DNA of 61,550 nucleotides, filler included, from an uncultured bacterium (GCA_964543115.1; 5 parts of 5 records of this genome joined end to end with filler, not necessarily neighbours in it), one strand, 5' to 3'. Positions 19,095-27,748 are shown, counted from the first letter of the whole stretch. Translations and numbers: made by a program. Notes: a model not told the origin generated them from the letters alone.

Positions 19095-19235
19095 ATGAAG
19101 ATTATTTATTATGCCGTTTTTGTGCTGGGTTTAGTGTTGTTTGTCGCCGGTTGTGAAACGACGCAAGAGGAATCCAGTTTGCCCTGGAGCCAGCCTGAGC
19201 CCTGGGAAAATAATATCGGGATCGCGGAGTACTGA
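19095..19235 (+). CDS. Small lipoprotein (46 aa), below ORF-track cutoff
   Basis: MKIIYYAVFVLGLVLFVAGCETTQEESSLPWSQPEPWENNIGIAEY*. AGAGG RBS, lipobox VAGC, and the TGA overlaps the ATG of the next gene. Confidence 0.8.
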   Translation: MKIIYYAVFVLGLVLFVAGCETTQEESSLPWSQPEPWENNIGIAEY

Positions 19236-20404
19236 TGAAAAAAATAAAAATCCTTATTTTGTTGTCTGGTTTTTTGTTATTGGCTTCCTGCTCTTCTGTT
19301 ACAGCGGAGGTAAAAGGTATTTGGGTGGAATGCGAAGGATCAAATTCTACCTTGAACAGTCCGCAAAAACTTAAGGCCATGGTTGACACAGCGGCTCGCT
19401 GCGGGGTGAATAATATTTTTCTGCAGGTATATCGGCACAACCGCTGTTGGTATCGTTCCCGTATTGGCGATGGCGCGCCGTTTAACAGTATCTGGGCCAA
19501 TTATCACAGTGATCCCCTGGCCTATACCATCAGGCTGGCCCATAAGAAAGGGATCAAGGTTCATGCCTGGATCAACATATTCAGGATCGGGAAGGATAAA
19601 CAGGCCCCGATTGTTAAAAAATTGGGTAAGGATATTGTTACCTGTGACGGTTCCGGGAAATCCATGCTCCGCTATTCTCAGAGTAAACTTCCCGACGGCG
19701 GTTACTGGATCGATCCCGGGGACCTGGCGGTACAAAAGTACCAGCAGCAGATTGTCGAAGAAATATTAAACGGCTATCCGGATGTCGACGGTATTCATCT
19801 GGATTTTATCCGTTATCCCTATAACACGCTCAATCCCGGGTCGCAATGGTCACAGAAGAAGGATTTCGGCTACGGCAAGCGTTCGGTGGAGAGATTTATT
19901 GTCCGCTATGGATATTCACCTTTAAAAATGAATTTAAAGGATAGATTTAAGACGCAGCAGTGGGATCAGTGGCGAAGAAACCAGGTCAGTCAATTTGTGG
20001 CCAGTACTTATAAATTATGCAAAAATATCAGAAAAAGTGTTCAGCTCACGGTAGCGGCGCAGGCCTGGACTGACCGGGCCTATATGGTTGCCTATCAGGA
20101 CTGGCGTTACTGGCTGGAGAAGGGTATTGTGGACGCGGTAGTGATTATGAATTATTCCACTGATCGCCAGCTAGTCAGGAATATAACTCAAACGGTGGTT
20201 AATCTGCCTTACAAAAAACCCGTGTATATTGGTTTAGGTGCCTACCTGATGCTCAATAAACCGGATTTATTGTTTTTACAGATCAAGGATTGTCAGCAAT
20301 TAAGGGCAAAAGGAATTGTTTTATTTTCCTATGATGCCATGCTTAAGTCCAAGAGAATGTTTACTGAGATAATGAAGAACAAATGGTGGAAATCCTCTAG
20401 ATAG
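19235..20404 (+). CDS. GHL10 (DUF187 / DigH-YddW-like) glycoside hydrolase lipoprotein
   Basis: Lipobox LLASC; EVKGIW, NNIFLQV, DPLAYTIRLAHKKGIKVHAWIN, YWIDPG, DVDGIHLDFIRYP, YQDWRYWLEKGIVD motifs. Confidence 0.88.
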   Translation: MKKIKILILLSGFLLLASCSSVTAEVKGIWVECEGSNSTLNSPQKLKAMVDTAARCGVNNIFLQVYRHNRCWYRSRIGDGAPFNSIWANYHSDPLAYTIRLAHKKGIKVHAWINIFRIGKDKQAPIVKKLGKDIVTCDGSGKSMLRYSQSKLPDGGYWIDPGDLAVQKYQQQIVEEILNGYPDVDGIHLDFIRYPYNTLNPGSQWSQKKDFGYGKRSVERFIVRYGYSPLKMNLKDRFKTQQWDQWRRNQVSQFVASTYKLCKNIRKSVQLTVAAQAWTDRAYMVAYQDWRYWLEKGIVDAVVIMNYSTDRQLVRNITQTVVNLPYKKPVYIGLGAYLMLNKPDLLFLQIKDCQQLRAKGIVLFSYDAMLKSKRMFTEIMKNKWWKSSR

Positions 20405-20480
20405 AGTAGAGAGTAGAGAAAAAGGTTTTAAGCAGGGTTGTTGGAAATTCCTCATTTTCCCTCAAAGATTAGAAATTAGT

Positions 20481-20987
20481 TTGAAAATCTTAAAAGTAAA
20501 ACTCATTGTTGGGCTGCTTTCCGCGGATAAATCTTTCCTTGCGCAAGCTAAGTTATTATTAATAAAAAGGTTCGGTTCTTTGGCCGCGGAAAGTCCGCTG
20601 CAGGCGTTTGATTTTACTGATTACTATAATGAGGAGCTTGGAGAAGGGATTGAGCGCCAGTATATTGCGTTTGAACGGTTAATCAATCCGGAAGAAATTG
20701 GCAGGATTAAACGTCTTACTATTAAGCTGGAAGCCAGGCTTAGTGTGGCCGGAAAACGGAGGGTGAATATTGACCCCGGTTATGTTGCTCTGGATAAGAT
20801 GGTCCTGGCTACAACCAAAGATGCCACTTACCGGGTTTATCTGGGTAAGGGGATTTATGCTCAATCAACATTATATTTTCAACAAGGCAGTTACCGTCAC
20901 TGGGAATGGACCTATTCTGACTATCAGAGCCAAATGGCGATTGATTTCTTTAATCAGGTGCGGGCCCAGTACAAAAAGAGCATTTAG
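20481..20987 (+). CDS. DUF4416 family protein
   Basis: FDFTDYYNEELG, RRVNIDPGY, RVYLGKGIYA, WEWTYSDY motifs. Confidence 0.85.
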   Translation: MKILKVKLIVGLLSADKSFLAQAKLLLIKRFGSLAAESPLQAFDFTDYYNEELGEGIERQYIAFERLINPEEIGRIKRLTIKLEARLSVAGKRRVNIDPGYVALDKMVLATTKDATYRVYLGKGIYAQSTLYFQQGSYRHWEWTYSDYQSQMAIDFFNQVRAQYKKSI

Positions 20988-20996
20988 AACCATTCC

Positions 20997-21024
20997 TAGG
21001 GACGACACGGAGGTCGTCTCCTAC
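20997..21024. repeat. REP-like hairpin
   Basis: TAGGGACGAC-ACGGA-GGTCGTCTCCTAC, an imperfect palindrome ending in CTAC just after the 20987 stop. Confidence 0.45.
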
Positions 21025-21124
21025 TGCACTAAAATGTAACATTCTGCTTTAAAACGGACATGCCGTTTTTCAACCAATTACCGTAAGATACTGATAATCA
21101 ATGCCATAATGTTTTACTTATTGT

Positions 21125-21141
21125 TTGGCATGCTGCTTGCT
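21125..21141 (+). promoter_or_regulatory. Sigma54 (-24/-12) promoter
   Basis: TTGGCATGCTGCTTGCT = GG-N10-GC, 30 nt upstream of ATG 21172, with an AAGGAGGTGA RBS in between. Confidence 0.7.
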
Positions 21142-21171
21142 CCTGTCTGGAGATGAAGGAGGTGAGCAATC

Positions 21172-21492
21172 ATGAAGAAGATATTGATATCGCTGGTGGT
21201 GATGGGGTTTTTTGTGTCTGGTTTTTGCTATGCCGGAGATTGGGAATACGCTGCGGGAGGATTTGTTGGCGGACTGGTTGCCGGGGCGGTAATTGCGGAT
21301 TCGTATTCCAGACCGTATTACTATGGCTCCTATTACCCTTCTTACCGGTATGGATATTGTTCCCCCTGGGGATACCGGAGCTATCCGGTTTATCGCTCTT
21401 ATCCCAGGTATAGGTACGATTATCCTTATAGTTATAGTTCCTCTTATTACTATAATGATGTACCGTACGTGTATGAGGAATACTGTTACTAA
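21172..21492 (+). CDS. Exported Tyr/Pro-rich low-complexity protein
   Basis: Strong RBS, signal peptide, glycine-zipper-like AAGGFVGGLVAGAVIA, then a Tyr-rich tail. Confidence 0.75.
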   Translation: MKKILISLVVMGFFVSGFCYAGDWEYAAGGFVGGLVAGAVIADSYSRPYYYGSYYPSYRYGYCSPWGYRSYPVYRSYPRYRYDYPYSYSSSYYYNDVPYVYEEYCY

Positions 21493-21524
21493 AATGTGGA
21501 CTTTTAAGCAGCAATTGTGCTAGA

Positions 21525-22055
21525 ATGGAGGACATTGTGGTAGAAAGAATTATTGAAATCGGCATTATTATTGGGGCACTGTTTATCATGTGCTTGTCTG
21601 TCTGGGCTGCGGAAGTAGAGATTGTTCAGGATCAACTGCCCGCAGCTCAGCTGGTTGTGACCGGCAAGGGCTATTCACCCGTCCAGTTAAAATCATCCGC
21701 AAAGGGCCGGCTGTTAGCTCAGCGGGCAGCAACCGTGGATGCCTACCGGACCTTAGGGGCTACCTTAAATGGAGTTTCCGGATATCTGGAAAGAGGGCAG
21801 GGCTATCTTCGCACCTCCGGCTATGTCAGGGGTGCCCAAGTAGTGCAGATCAGGCATTATCCGGATGGTAAGGCAGAGGTTGATTTGACCTTGCCGATTA
21901 ACCTGAAAGGACGAAGAGCAAGAGGGCGGACAACCTGGGAAAGGGTAATTAATGATATTAGCGGCCGCGGCTGTCAGGTTTACTATCTGGAGAAACCTAA
22001 AGTACAAATTACTGAAGAAGAGTGGGTGGAAATAGTAGAGAAAAAAGGCGAATAG
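21525..22055 (+). CDS. LPP20/FlgP-like exported protein (single domain)
   Basis: VTGKG...GRLLAQRAATVDAYRTL...VRGAQVV...DGKAEVDLTL pattern. Confidence 0.7.
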   Translation: MEDIVVERIIEIGIIIGALFIMCLSVWAAEVEIVQDQLPAAQLVVTGKGYSPVQLKSSAKGRLLAQRAATVDAYRTLGATLNGVSGYLERGQGYLRTSGYVRGAQVVQIRHYPDGKAEVDLTLPINLKGRRARGRTTWERVINDISGRGCQVYYLEKPKVQITEEEWVEIVEKKGE

Positions 22056-22068
22056 CTTTTTAAGTGGG

Positions 22069-22190
22069 GATTGCGGATTGTGGATTGCGGATTTTCTGCG
22101 AGGGCGGCGAAGAGCCCGAAGCTCGAAGCCGATAGCGGAACGGAATTGAAATTCCGAAAATCCGAAATCTAAAATCTAAAATCCGAAATC
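22069..22190. repeat. Heptamer tandem repeats in inverted arrangement
   Basis: GATTGCG-GATTGTG-GATTGCG-GATTT on the left; AAATCCG-AAATCTA-AAATCTA-AAATCCG-AAATC on the right, abutting the RBS. Confidence 0.8.
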
Positions 22191-22204
22191 AAGGAGGTGG
22201 GTTT

Positions 22205-23491
22205 ATGAGGTCAAGGTTATTTGTAGTAATTGCCATTGCCTTAGCAGTGACTTTTGTCTGTTCAGGGCTTTGCGCGCAGAAACTCAATAAGGCTCAGCAG
22301 CGTCTGCTGGCCAAACGGGCTGCCCAGGTAGATGCTTACCGCAATCTGGCTGAGCGGATCAAAGGGCTGCAGATTGATTCGCAGACCTATGTGCGGGATT
22401 TTGTCGCGGAAAGCGATCAAGTAAGGACTTCTTTTGATACCTTTATTAAAGGAGCAAAGATTTCCGGTCCGGCGAGGTATTTTCCTGACGGAACATGTGA
22501 GGTTGATGTTGAAATGAGTCTTAAGGAGATCATTACCGGTTTGACAGAGATCGCGAAGTTTAATTCTTTTGGTCACAAATACAAATTTCAACAGATGACC
22601 CAATATGTTCAGGAAACTGTGATCAAGGCCTCCGGCAGTGGTGTGCCCAGGCCGGAAATGGCTGCGCCGACTGCCGCTCCGAGTACGGTAAGCATGCCGA
22701 CGGCCGGTATTCCAGGCTGGGAAGATGTTTCTGCCCGCGGAAGGTTGATGGGCGAACGGGCGGCGAAAGTTGATGCCTACCGGAATCTTGCTGAAACGGT
22801 TAAGGGGATCAGGATCTCCGGGCAGACCTATGTGCGTGATTTTGTTGCCGAAAGTGATTATGTCCAGACTTCTCTTGATGCCTTCCTGAAAGGCGCAAGA
22901 CAGGCAAGTCCTTACCGTTATCTTCCCGATGGAGAAGTAGAGGTTGATGTAGAGGTTACGATCAGGGAAGTAGTAAAACAGTTAAGGACTATTCAGCAGC
23001 ATTTGGTGCAGCGCGGCTGGCGCTGGCGCCGGGATATCTTCAGGACGGTAAAGTTTGAAGATATTATTGCTGTTTATCCGAAGAAGGTAGTCCGGGCAAC
23101 CGGTAACGGAGTTGTGCCTGATAAATACCGTCTGGCTCCGGTAGACACCGGATATAATCCTTATGTACAGCCTACCTGGACAGCGGCTGTGGTTTCCGCC
23201 GTTGGCAGCGGTATCCCGCCAGAGGGAGTTACCGGCACGGAAGGGAAATTAATGGCCGTACGGGCAGCGGAGCTTGATGCCCGGCGTAATTTGCTGGAAA
23301 AGGTCTATGGAGTGAAGATTGATGCCCAGACCACAGTACAGGATTATGTCGTTCAGAACGACCAGGTGAGGGCACAGGTAGAGAGTTTCCTGGCCGGTGC
23401 GCAGATGAGTGAACCACGCTATCTTGCTGATGGCAGTGTTGAAGTCACCGCCTCGCTTCCCCTGGAAGGAATGGATCGCATTGTAAAATAA
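22205..23491 (+). CDS. Exported protein with three LPP20/FlgP-like domains
   Basis: Three copies of the (L/M)AxRAAx(V/L)DAxRNLxExxxGxxIxxQTxVxDxVxxxD motif; AAGGAGGT RBS; signal peptide. Confidence 0.8.
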   Translation: MRSRLFVVIAIALAVTFVCSGLCAQKLNKAQQRLLAKRAAQVDAYRNLAERIKGLQIDSQTYVRDFVAESDQVRTSFDTFIKGAKISGPARYFPDGTCEVDVEMSLKEIITGLTEIAKFNSFGHKYKFQQMTQYVQETVIKASGSGVPRPEMAAPTAAPSTVSMPTAGIPGWEDVSARGRLMGERAAKVDAYRNLAETVKGIRISGQTYVRDFVAESDYVQTSLDAFLKGARQASPYRYLPDGEVEVDVEVTIREVVKQLRTIQQHLVQRGWRWRRDIFRTVKFEDIIAVYPKKVVRATGNGVVPDKYRLAPVDTGYNPYVQPTWTAAVVSAVGSGIPPEGVTGTEGKLMAVRAAELDARRNLLEKVYGVKIDAQTTVQDYVVQNDQVRAQVESFLAGAQMSEPRYLADGSVEVTASLPLEGMDRIVK

Positions 23492-23506
23492 ATCCAATCA
23501 TTGTGT

Positions 23507-23539
23507 TACTCCCGCCCTTTGTTCTAAAGGGCGGGAGTA
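23507..23539. terminator. Strong hairpin, probable terminator
   Basis: TACTCCCGCCCTTT-GTTCT-AAAGGGCGGGAGTA, 14-bp perfect stem right after the 23491 stop; no U-tract. Confidence 0.55.
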
Positions 23540-23561
23540 GCCAAGGATAAAGGAGCGTGTT

Positions 23562-23696
23562 ATGAAATATACTCGTTATGCGATTCTCGCTCTTGTTTTA
23601 CTCAGTCTCGTTTATCTTTGTGCCGGCTGCGCGACCACGCAGTCAACGGTTGTTGAGGAAACTACGGTTGTGGAAACAGAAATGCTCGTTGAATAG
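23562..23696 (+). CDS. Small lipoprotein (44 aa), below ORF-track cutoff
   Basis: MKYTRYAILALVLLSLVYLCAGCATTQSTVVEETTVVETEMLVE*; AAGGAG RBS; lipobox CAGC. Confidence 0.8.
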   Translation: MKYTRYAILALVLLSLVYLCAGCATTQSTVVEETTVVETEMLVE

Positions 23697-23714
23697 GTTG
23701 AATAGATAGTAGAG

Positions 23715-23760
23715 AGTTGAGAGTAGAGGGAATTTTTAAATCTTTGCTCTACTCTCAACT
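23715..23760. repeat. Inverted repeat built from GAGTAGA/GAGTTGA heptamers
   Basis: AGTTGAGAGTAGAG ... CTCTACTCTCAACT (14 bp). The same GAGTAGA units occur at 20403-20418. Confidence 0.7.
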
Positions 23761-23846
23761 TGTTGCTGTCCGCCATTAAATTAATCAGGAGACATTGATT
23801 GTTGGTTGTGGGCCCTTTTGCGCTGGCTGTGAAAAAGCCTGACAAA

Positions 23847-23884
23847 CAATCCGCAATCCGCAATCGAAAATCCGAAATCGAAAA
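23847..23884. repeat. Heptamer tandem repeats
   Basis: CAATCCG-CAATCCG-CAATCGA-AAATCCG-AAATCGA directly before the RBS of the 23897 gene. Confidence 0.75.
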
Positions 23885-23896
23885 CGGGAGGTATTT

Positions 23897-24623
23897 ATGA
23901 AGATGTTGAAATTAGCATTTGTATTGGGACTGTTGGTTTGTTTTGTTCTGCCCGCGCTAGCCCAGATTCCGGAGAAGGTGATTGTTGCTGAAGGGATGGC
24001 TGCCGGGTCAGACCTGCGGGCGCGTGACGAAGCCCTTAACCGGGCATTACGCCGGGCGGTGGAGCAAGGTGTGGGAACATTGGTTGATACTGAATCAATG
24101 ACAAAAAATTACCAGTTGCTTGATGATAAGATCTATTCTGATGTAAAAGGATACGTTAAGGAATATAAGATTCTTTCCGATAATGAAGGGCGGGATGGGG
24201 TATATAAGGTTAAAGTCGAAGCGGTAGTGGCCCTGGCCCGGTTAACCAAGGATATTAAGGCCTTGAATATTGTCAGGGAGCGGAAGGCCAATCCGCGGGT
24301 AATGGTGCTGATCAAGGAATTTGTCGATGGATTGGAACAGCCCTCGGAGTTGACGCAGAGCAAGATGGAGAGTGAATTTCTGTCCAAGAACTTTCCGGTT
24401 GTTGATAAGGGGCAGATGCAGATGATTAAGGAACGTGATGTGGCCTTGTGTTACGATAATCCGCAAAAGGCCGCGGTTTTGGGGCGGGAATACGGCGCGG
24501 AGGTGGTTATTGTCGGACAGGCCACCTGTAATCTTACCGAGTCCTCACGTCCCTATGGCGTGGCAGTTTTTGCCTATACCGCTGACATTACTACAAAAGC
24601 GATTAAGACCGATAGTGCCGCTG
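23897..24623 (+). CDS. FlgT N-terminal-like / CsgG-like exported protein, 3'-truncated
   Basis: Signal peptide; AEGMA...ARDEALNRALRRAVEQGVG...V.V.A.V (FlgT_N pattern); then PRVMVLI and GAEVVIVGQA (TolB-N/CsgG-like). Runs into the gap. Confidence 0.75.
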
Positions 24624-24723
24624 NNNNNNNNNNNNNNNNNNNNNNNNNNNNNNNNNNNNNNNNNNNNTTAATTAATTAANNNNNNNNNNNNNNNNNNNNN
24701 NNNNNNNNNNNNNNNNNNNNNNN
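24624..24723. other. Artificial contig-joining spacer
   Basis: 44 N + TTAATTAATTAA + 44 N. Confidence 0.98.
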
Positions 24724-24770
24724 TTTAAACAGTTTTGTTTTCATAATTCCCTCCATTAAGTTTTAATTGA

Positions 24771-25109
24771 CTAGTATTCTTTCCAGACCTCGATCATATG
24801 ATCACCGGGAATATCAGGATCCGGATTAGGGCTGGTAACCAGAATCTGCACACTCTCATCATAAGGAAAGGTTACCTGCGTATTCAGAGAAATCGTCCCG
24901 GAATAAAGACAATCGTATGTGTATTCAAAACCCGCCCTCACCATATAAGCGGCTTCTCTTCTGTATACTTCACTGTTCATCAGCTGACAGTGATTGAGCA
25001 TATAAGAAACCATCGTGGCGGCAGTAGCGGAAATCACAAAGGCGGTCACTATCGAAAACAAAAGCGCCCCGCCGCTGTTATCTTTCCAGCTGTTTATTTT
25101 CGTAAACAT
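24771..25109 (-). CDS. PilX/GspK-like minor pilin
   Basis: SG|GALLFSIVTAFVISA hydrophobic N-terminus; third gene of the pilin run; GGAG RBS. Confidence 0.6.
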   Translation of the reverse strand: MFTKINSWKDNSGGALLFSIVTAFVISATAATMVSYMLNHCQLMNSEVYRREAAYMVRAGFEYTYDCLYSGTISLNTQVTFPYDESVQILVTSPNPDPDIPGDHMIEVWKEY

Positions 25110-25121
25110 AACTTATTCTCC

Positions 25122-25676
25122 TTAAGGCACACTGTACACCGCCGGTGCGGCGGTCAAACAAGATTCAATCGCCGTACTTACGGTATAACTATCATCCTGA
25201 TTCCCTTCTTCATCAACGGCGGTTAAGGAAACATTAAGCACCGCCGTGCCGGATTCCACTACCGTCATCTCGCAGACGGTTAATTGATCGGTAAGCATAG
25301 TCTCTTCCTCTGGAACATTAATATCCTTACCGTAAGAATAAACAAGTTCTCCCTCGCTCGCATCAAACAAATACTGGCAGGTCACCGTCGGTCCTAAATC
25401 AAAAAGTGCCGGATCATAAACAAGAAACTGCAATGTAACATCATTAATCTCCGGACTATCAGGCAAGATAGTTAATTCACTGGCGGCATTCCGGACATAT
25501 TTCTCAATATGCATCAGCGCCGTTTGCGCGTTTGCCTGGATCCGCGCGTAGTTCTGGATATCGGCGGAAATACTCAGACTACTGAGGTAAAATCCGCCGG
25601 CGCAAAGCAGGACAACGATAAACAAAGACAGCGACAGCATAATCTCCAGCAATGTTGTTCCGGCATTATTCTTCAT
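25122..25676 (-). CDS. PilW/GspJ-like minor pilin with class III signal peptide
   Basis: Probable start ATG 25676: MKNNAG|TTLLEIMLSLSLFIVV (G-1, E+5). Confidence 0.85.
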   Translation of the reverse strand: MKNNAGTTLLEIMLSLSLFIVVLLCAGGFYLSSLSISADIQNYARIQANAQTALMHIEKYVRNAASELTILPDSPEINDVTLQFLVYDPALFDLGPTVTCQYLFDASEGELVYSYGKDINVPEEETMLTDQLTVCEMTVVESGTAVLNVSLTAVDEEGNQDDSYTVSTAIESCLTAAPAVYSVP

Positions 25677-25678
25677 CG

Positions 25679-26053
25679 TTATTCCTCCCAACTCACCAGC
25701 GCCGTCACAATCCGGCACTCACTATTGCCTTGAATATCTTCTTCTACCCGATACGACCAGGAAGATGACGTCACCTCTCCCAGGAAAGGATCAGAATCCA
25801 GGCCGATTAAGGTCATGTCCTGATGATCGGCAACAGCAAAGCTATCATCTCCCTGTTGGTCAGCCGTTACCTGCAGGCGGAGATTTTCCATAATTATTGC
25901 CGCCTGATTAGCCGCCTGGTTCTGCCGGCGCTGATCACAGATATAATCATTAACCGTACCAAGCAGGCACCAGGAGCCGGTGATCACGATCCCCAAAATG
26001 ATCACAGACACAATTATCTCTAAGTAGGTAAATCCTGACTTTTGCCCTTTCAT
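25679..26053 (-). CDS. PilV/GspI-like minor pilin with class III signal peptide
   Basis: MKGQKSG|FTYLEIIVSVIILG; GGAGG RBS; C-terminal strand CRIVTALVSW. Confidence 0.88.
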   Translation of the reverse strand: MKGQKSGFTYLEIIVSVIILGIVITGSWCLLGTVNDYICDQRRQNQAANQAAIIMENLRLQVTADQQGDDSFAVADHQDMTLIGLDSDPFLGEVTSSSWSYRVEEDIQGNSECRIVTALVSWEE

Positions 26054-26106
26054 GTTTTTCCTCCGTTTTTGGCTTTTCTTATTTCGCCACGTCCAAGTGC
26101 TAATAA

Positions 26107-26123
26107 CGCATATCCTATGCCAG
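26107..26123 (-). promoter_or_regulatory. Sigma54 promoter of the minor-pilin operon
   Basis: CTGGCATAGGATATGCG (GG-N10-GC), 54 nt upstream of ATG 26053 and divergent from an enhancer-binding protein gene. Confidence 0.7.
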
Positions 26124-26240
26124 TTGCCGCTTAATTTAACATATTTGTTTTCAGACTGTTACAAATACCGACAGCTGGCAAAAAACCACCATTCTTGAAA
26201 TCCAAAAGCCTGTTTAATGAAAATAATTTCACCTTCTTCC

Positions 26241-26269
26241 TTGACATTTTTCCCGATTTTTCATACAAT
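26241..26269 (+). promoter_or_regulatory. Sigma70 promoter, probably giving a leaderless mRNA
   Basis: TTGACA-17 nt-TACAAT; GTG at 26276 lies 7 nt downstream and has no SD. Confidence 0.75.
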
Positions 26270-26275
26270 ATAACT

Positions 26276-27652
26276 GTGAATAAAAAGCAAATTCTCATTA
26301 TCGATGATAATAAGTTTTTTTGCGAAATGAAAAAAGGCGTGCTGGAAGATGCCGGTTATGCCTGTGAATTTAGCCTCAACGCGGAAGCAGGCCTGGAAAA
26401 GCTCAAGGCCCACCCCTACGACCTCATCCTGCTGGACCTGCAGATCGGCGATACCAGCGGTATTGATGTACTGCCAAAACTGAAAACCATCGATCCCGGG
26501 GTAATGGTGATTATCCTTACCGGGCACGCGGAGATCCATACGGCGGTAGAAGCAGTAAAAGGCGGTGCCTACGACTATCTCTCCAAGGAAGTGGAAGATG
26601 AAGAGATCCTTCTGCGGATAGAAAAGGCCCTGGAGAAAAAGGAAGATACCCTCCAGCTGCAAAACCTCAAACGCGCTGTCGGCGACCGTTACCGTTTCAG
26701 CAGTATTATCGGTAAAAGCAAAAAGATGCTGGAAATATTTGATCTGATTGAAACCGTCGCCGGCACCGATGTCACCGTACTCGTCCATGGCGAGACCGGC
26801 ACAGGCAAGGAATTGATCGCCCGGGCGATCCATTTTAACAGCGCCCGTAAAGACGGGCCGTTCTGGGAAGTAAACTGCACGGCGATCAGCGAAACATTAA
26901 TGGAAAGTGAAGTTTTCGGCCATGAAAAAGGCGCGTTTACCGGCGCCTTTAAACAAAAACCCGGCAAGATCGAACTGGCCAATAACGGCACGCTTTTCTT
27001 GGATGAAATCGGCGACATGCCCCTTCCCTTGCAGGGTAAATTATTGAGGTTCCTGCAGGATAAAACATTTGAGCGGGTGGGCGGCACGGAAAAGATTCAG
27101 TCCGACGTGCGCATCATTTCCGCCACTCACCGCAACCTGGAAAATATGATCGCCGAAGAGAGATTCCGTAAGGATCTTTACTACCGTCTGAATGTTGTTA
27201 AGATAGAAGTACCGGCCCTGCGCGAAAGGGTTGATGACCTGCCGCTCTTAGTCGAGCATTTCCTGGAACAGACCAATAAAAAATATAAAAAAGAAATCAC
27301 CAGCGTGTCCAAGGCCGCTCAGGAAACACTGGCCGCCTATCAATGGCCGGGCAATGTGCGGGAGCTGGAAAACCTGATGGAAAAAATTGTGCTTACCTGC
27401 AAGGACAACATCCTCCCCAACGAAGACATCCAGAAACACCTGAAGAAAATGCAGGTAGTGGGCACTAAGGCAAAGTCAAAGTTTAATTTCGACTCATCCC
27501 TCAGCGACCTGCGCGACCAGATAGAAGAAGCCTACCTCCGTTACCTGATGGATAAGTTCCACGGCAACATCAAACTCATCTCCGAGGCCGCCGGCCTCGA
27601 TAAACGATCGATTTACTACAAGATCAACAAATATAAAATCGAAAAAATCTAA
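26276..27652 (+). CDS. Sigma54-dependent response regulator (NtrC/AtoC/PilR family)
   Basis: Receiver (ILIIDD, LLD), AAA+ (GETGTGKE, ESEVFGHEKGAFTGA, LFLDEIG, WPGNVREL) and Fis-type HTH. Likely start GTG 26276 rather than TTG 26195. Confidence 0.95.
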   Translation: MNKKQILIIDDNKFFCEMKKGVLEDAGYACEFSLNAEAGLEKLKAHPYDLILLDLQIGDTSGIDVLPKLKTIDPGVMVIILTGHAEIHTAVEAVKGGAYDYLSKEVEDEEILLRIEKALEKKEDTLQLQNLKRAVGDRYRFSSIIGKSKKMLEIFDLIETVAGTDVTVLVHGETGTGKELIARAIHFNSARKDGPFWEVNCTAISETLMESEVFGHEKGAFTGAFKQKPGKIELANNGTLFLDEIGDMPLPLQGKLLRFLQDKTFERVGGTEKIQSDVRIISATHRNLENMIAEERFRKDLYYRLNVVKIEVPALRERVDDLPLLVEHFLEQTNKKYKKEITSVSKAAQETLAAYQWPGNVRELENLMEKIVLTCKDNILPNEDIQKHLKKMQVVGTKAKSKFNFDSSLSDLRDQIEEAYLRYLMDKFHGNIKLISEAAGLDKRSIYYKINKYKIEKI

Positions 27653-27748
27653 TATATTTTTTTGCCACGGATCGAGTTTTGCTCGCGGACTTTCACTATT
27701 TTTTTTAAAACCTAGCCCGATAATCGGGCTAATACGGGAGGAGGCACG

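Noticed and set aside
23507..23539. Hairpin resembling an IS200/IS605 end (CCCGCCCTTT..AAAGGGCGGG)
   Set aside because: No tnpA/tnpB or second end nearby; its position after a stop fits a terminator.
21525..24623. FlgP/FlgT-like genes as evidence of a flagellar cluster
   Set aside because: No core flagellar gene is present on the contig, and these folds are common outside motility.
27665..27731. Possible sigma54 site (CACGGATCGAGTTTTGCT) and palindrome TAGCCCGATAATCGGGCTA upstream of the FecR-domain gene
   Set aside because: The spacing fits GG-N10-GC but the -24 element lacks TGGCA. The palindrome alone has no assignable role.
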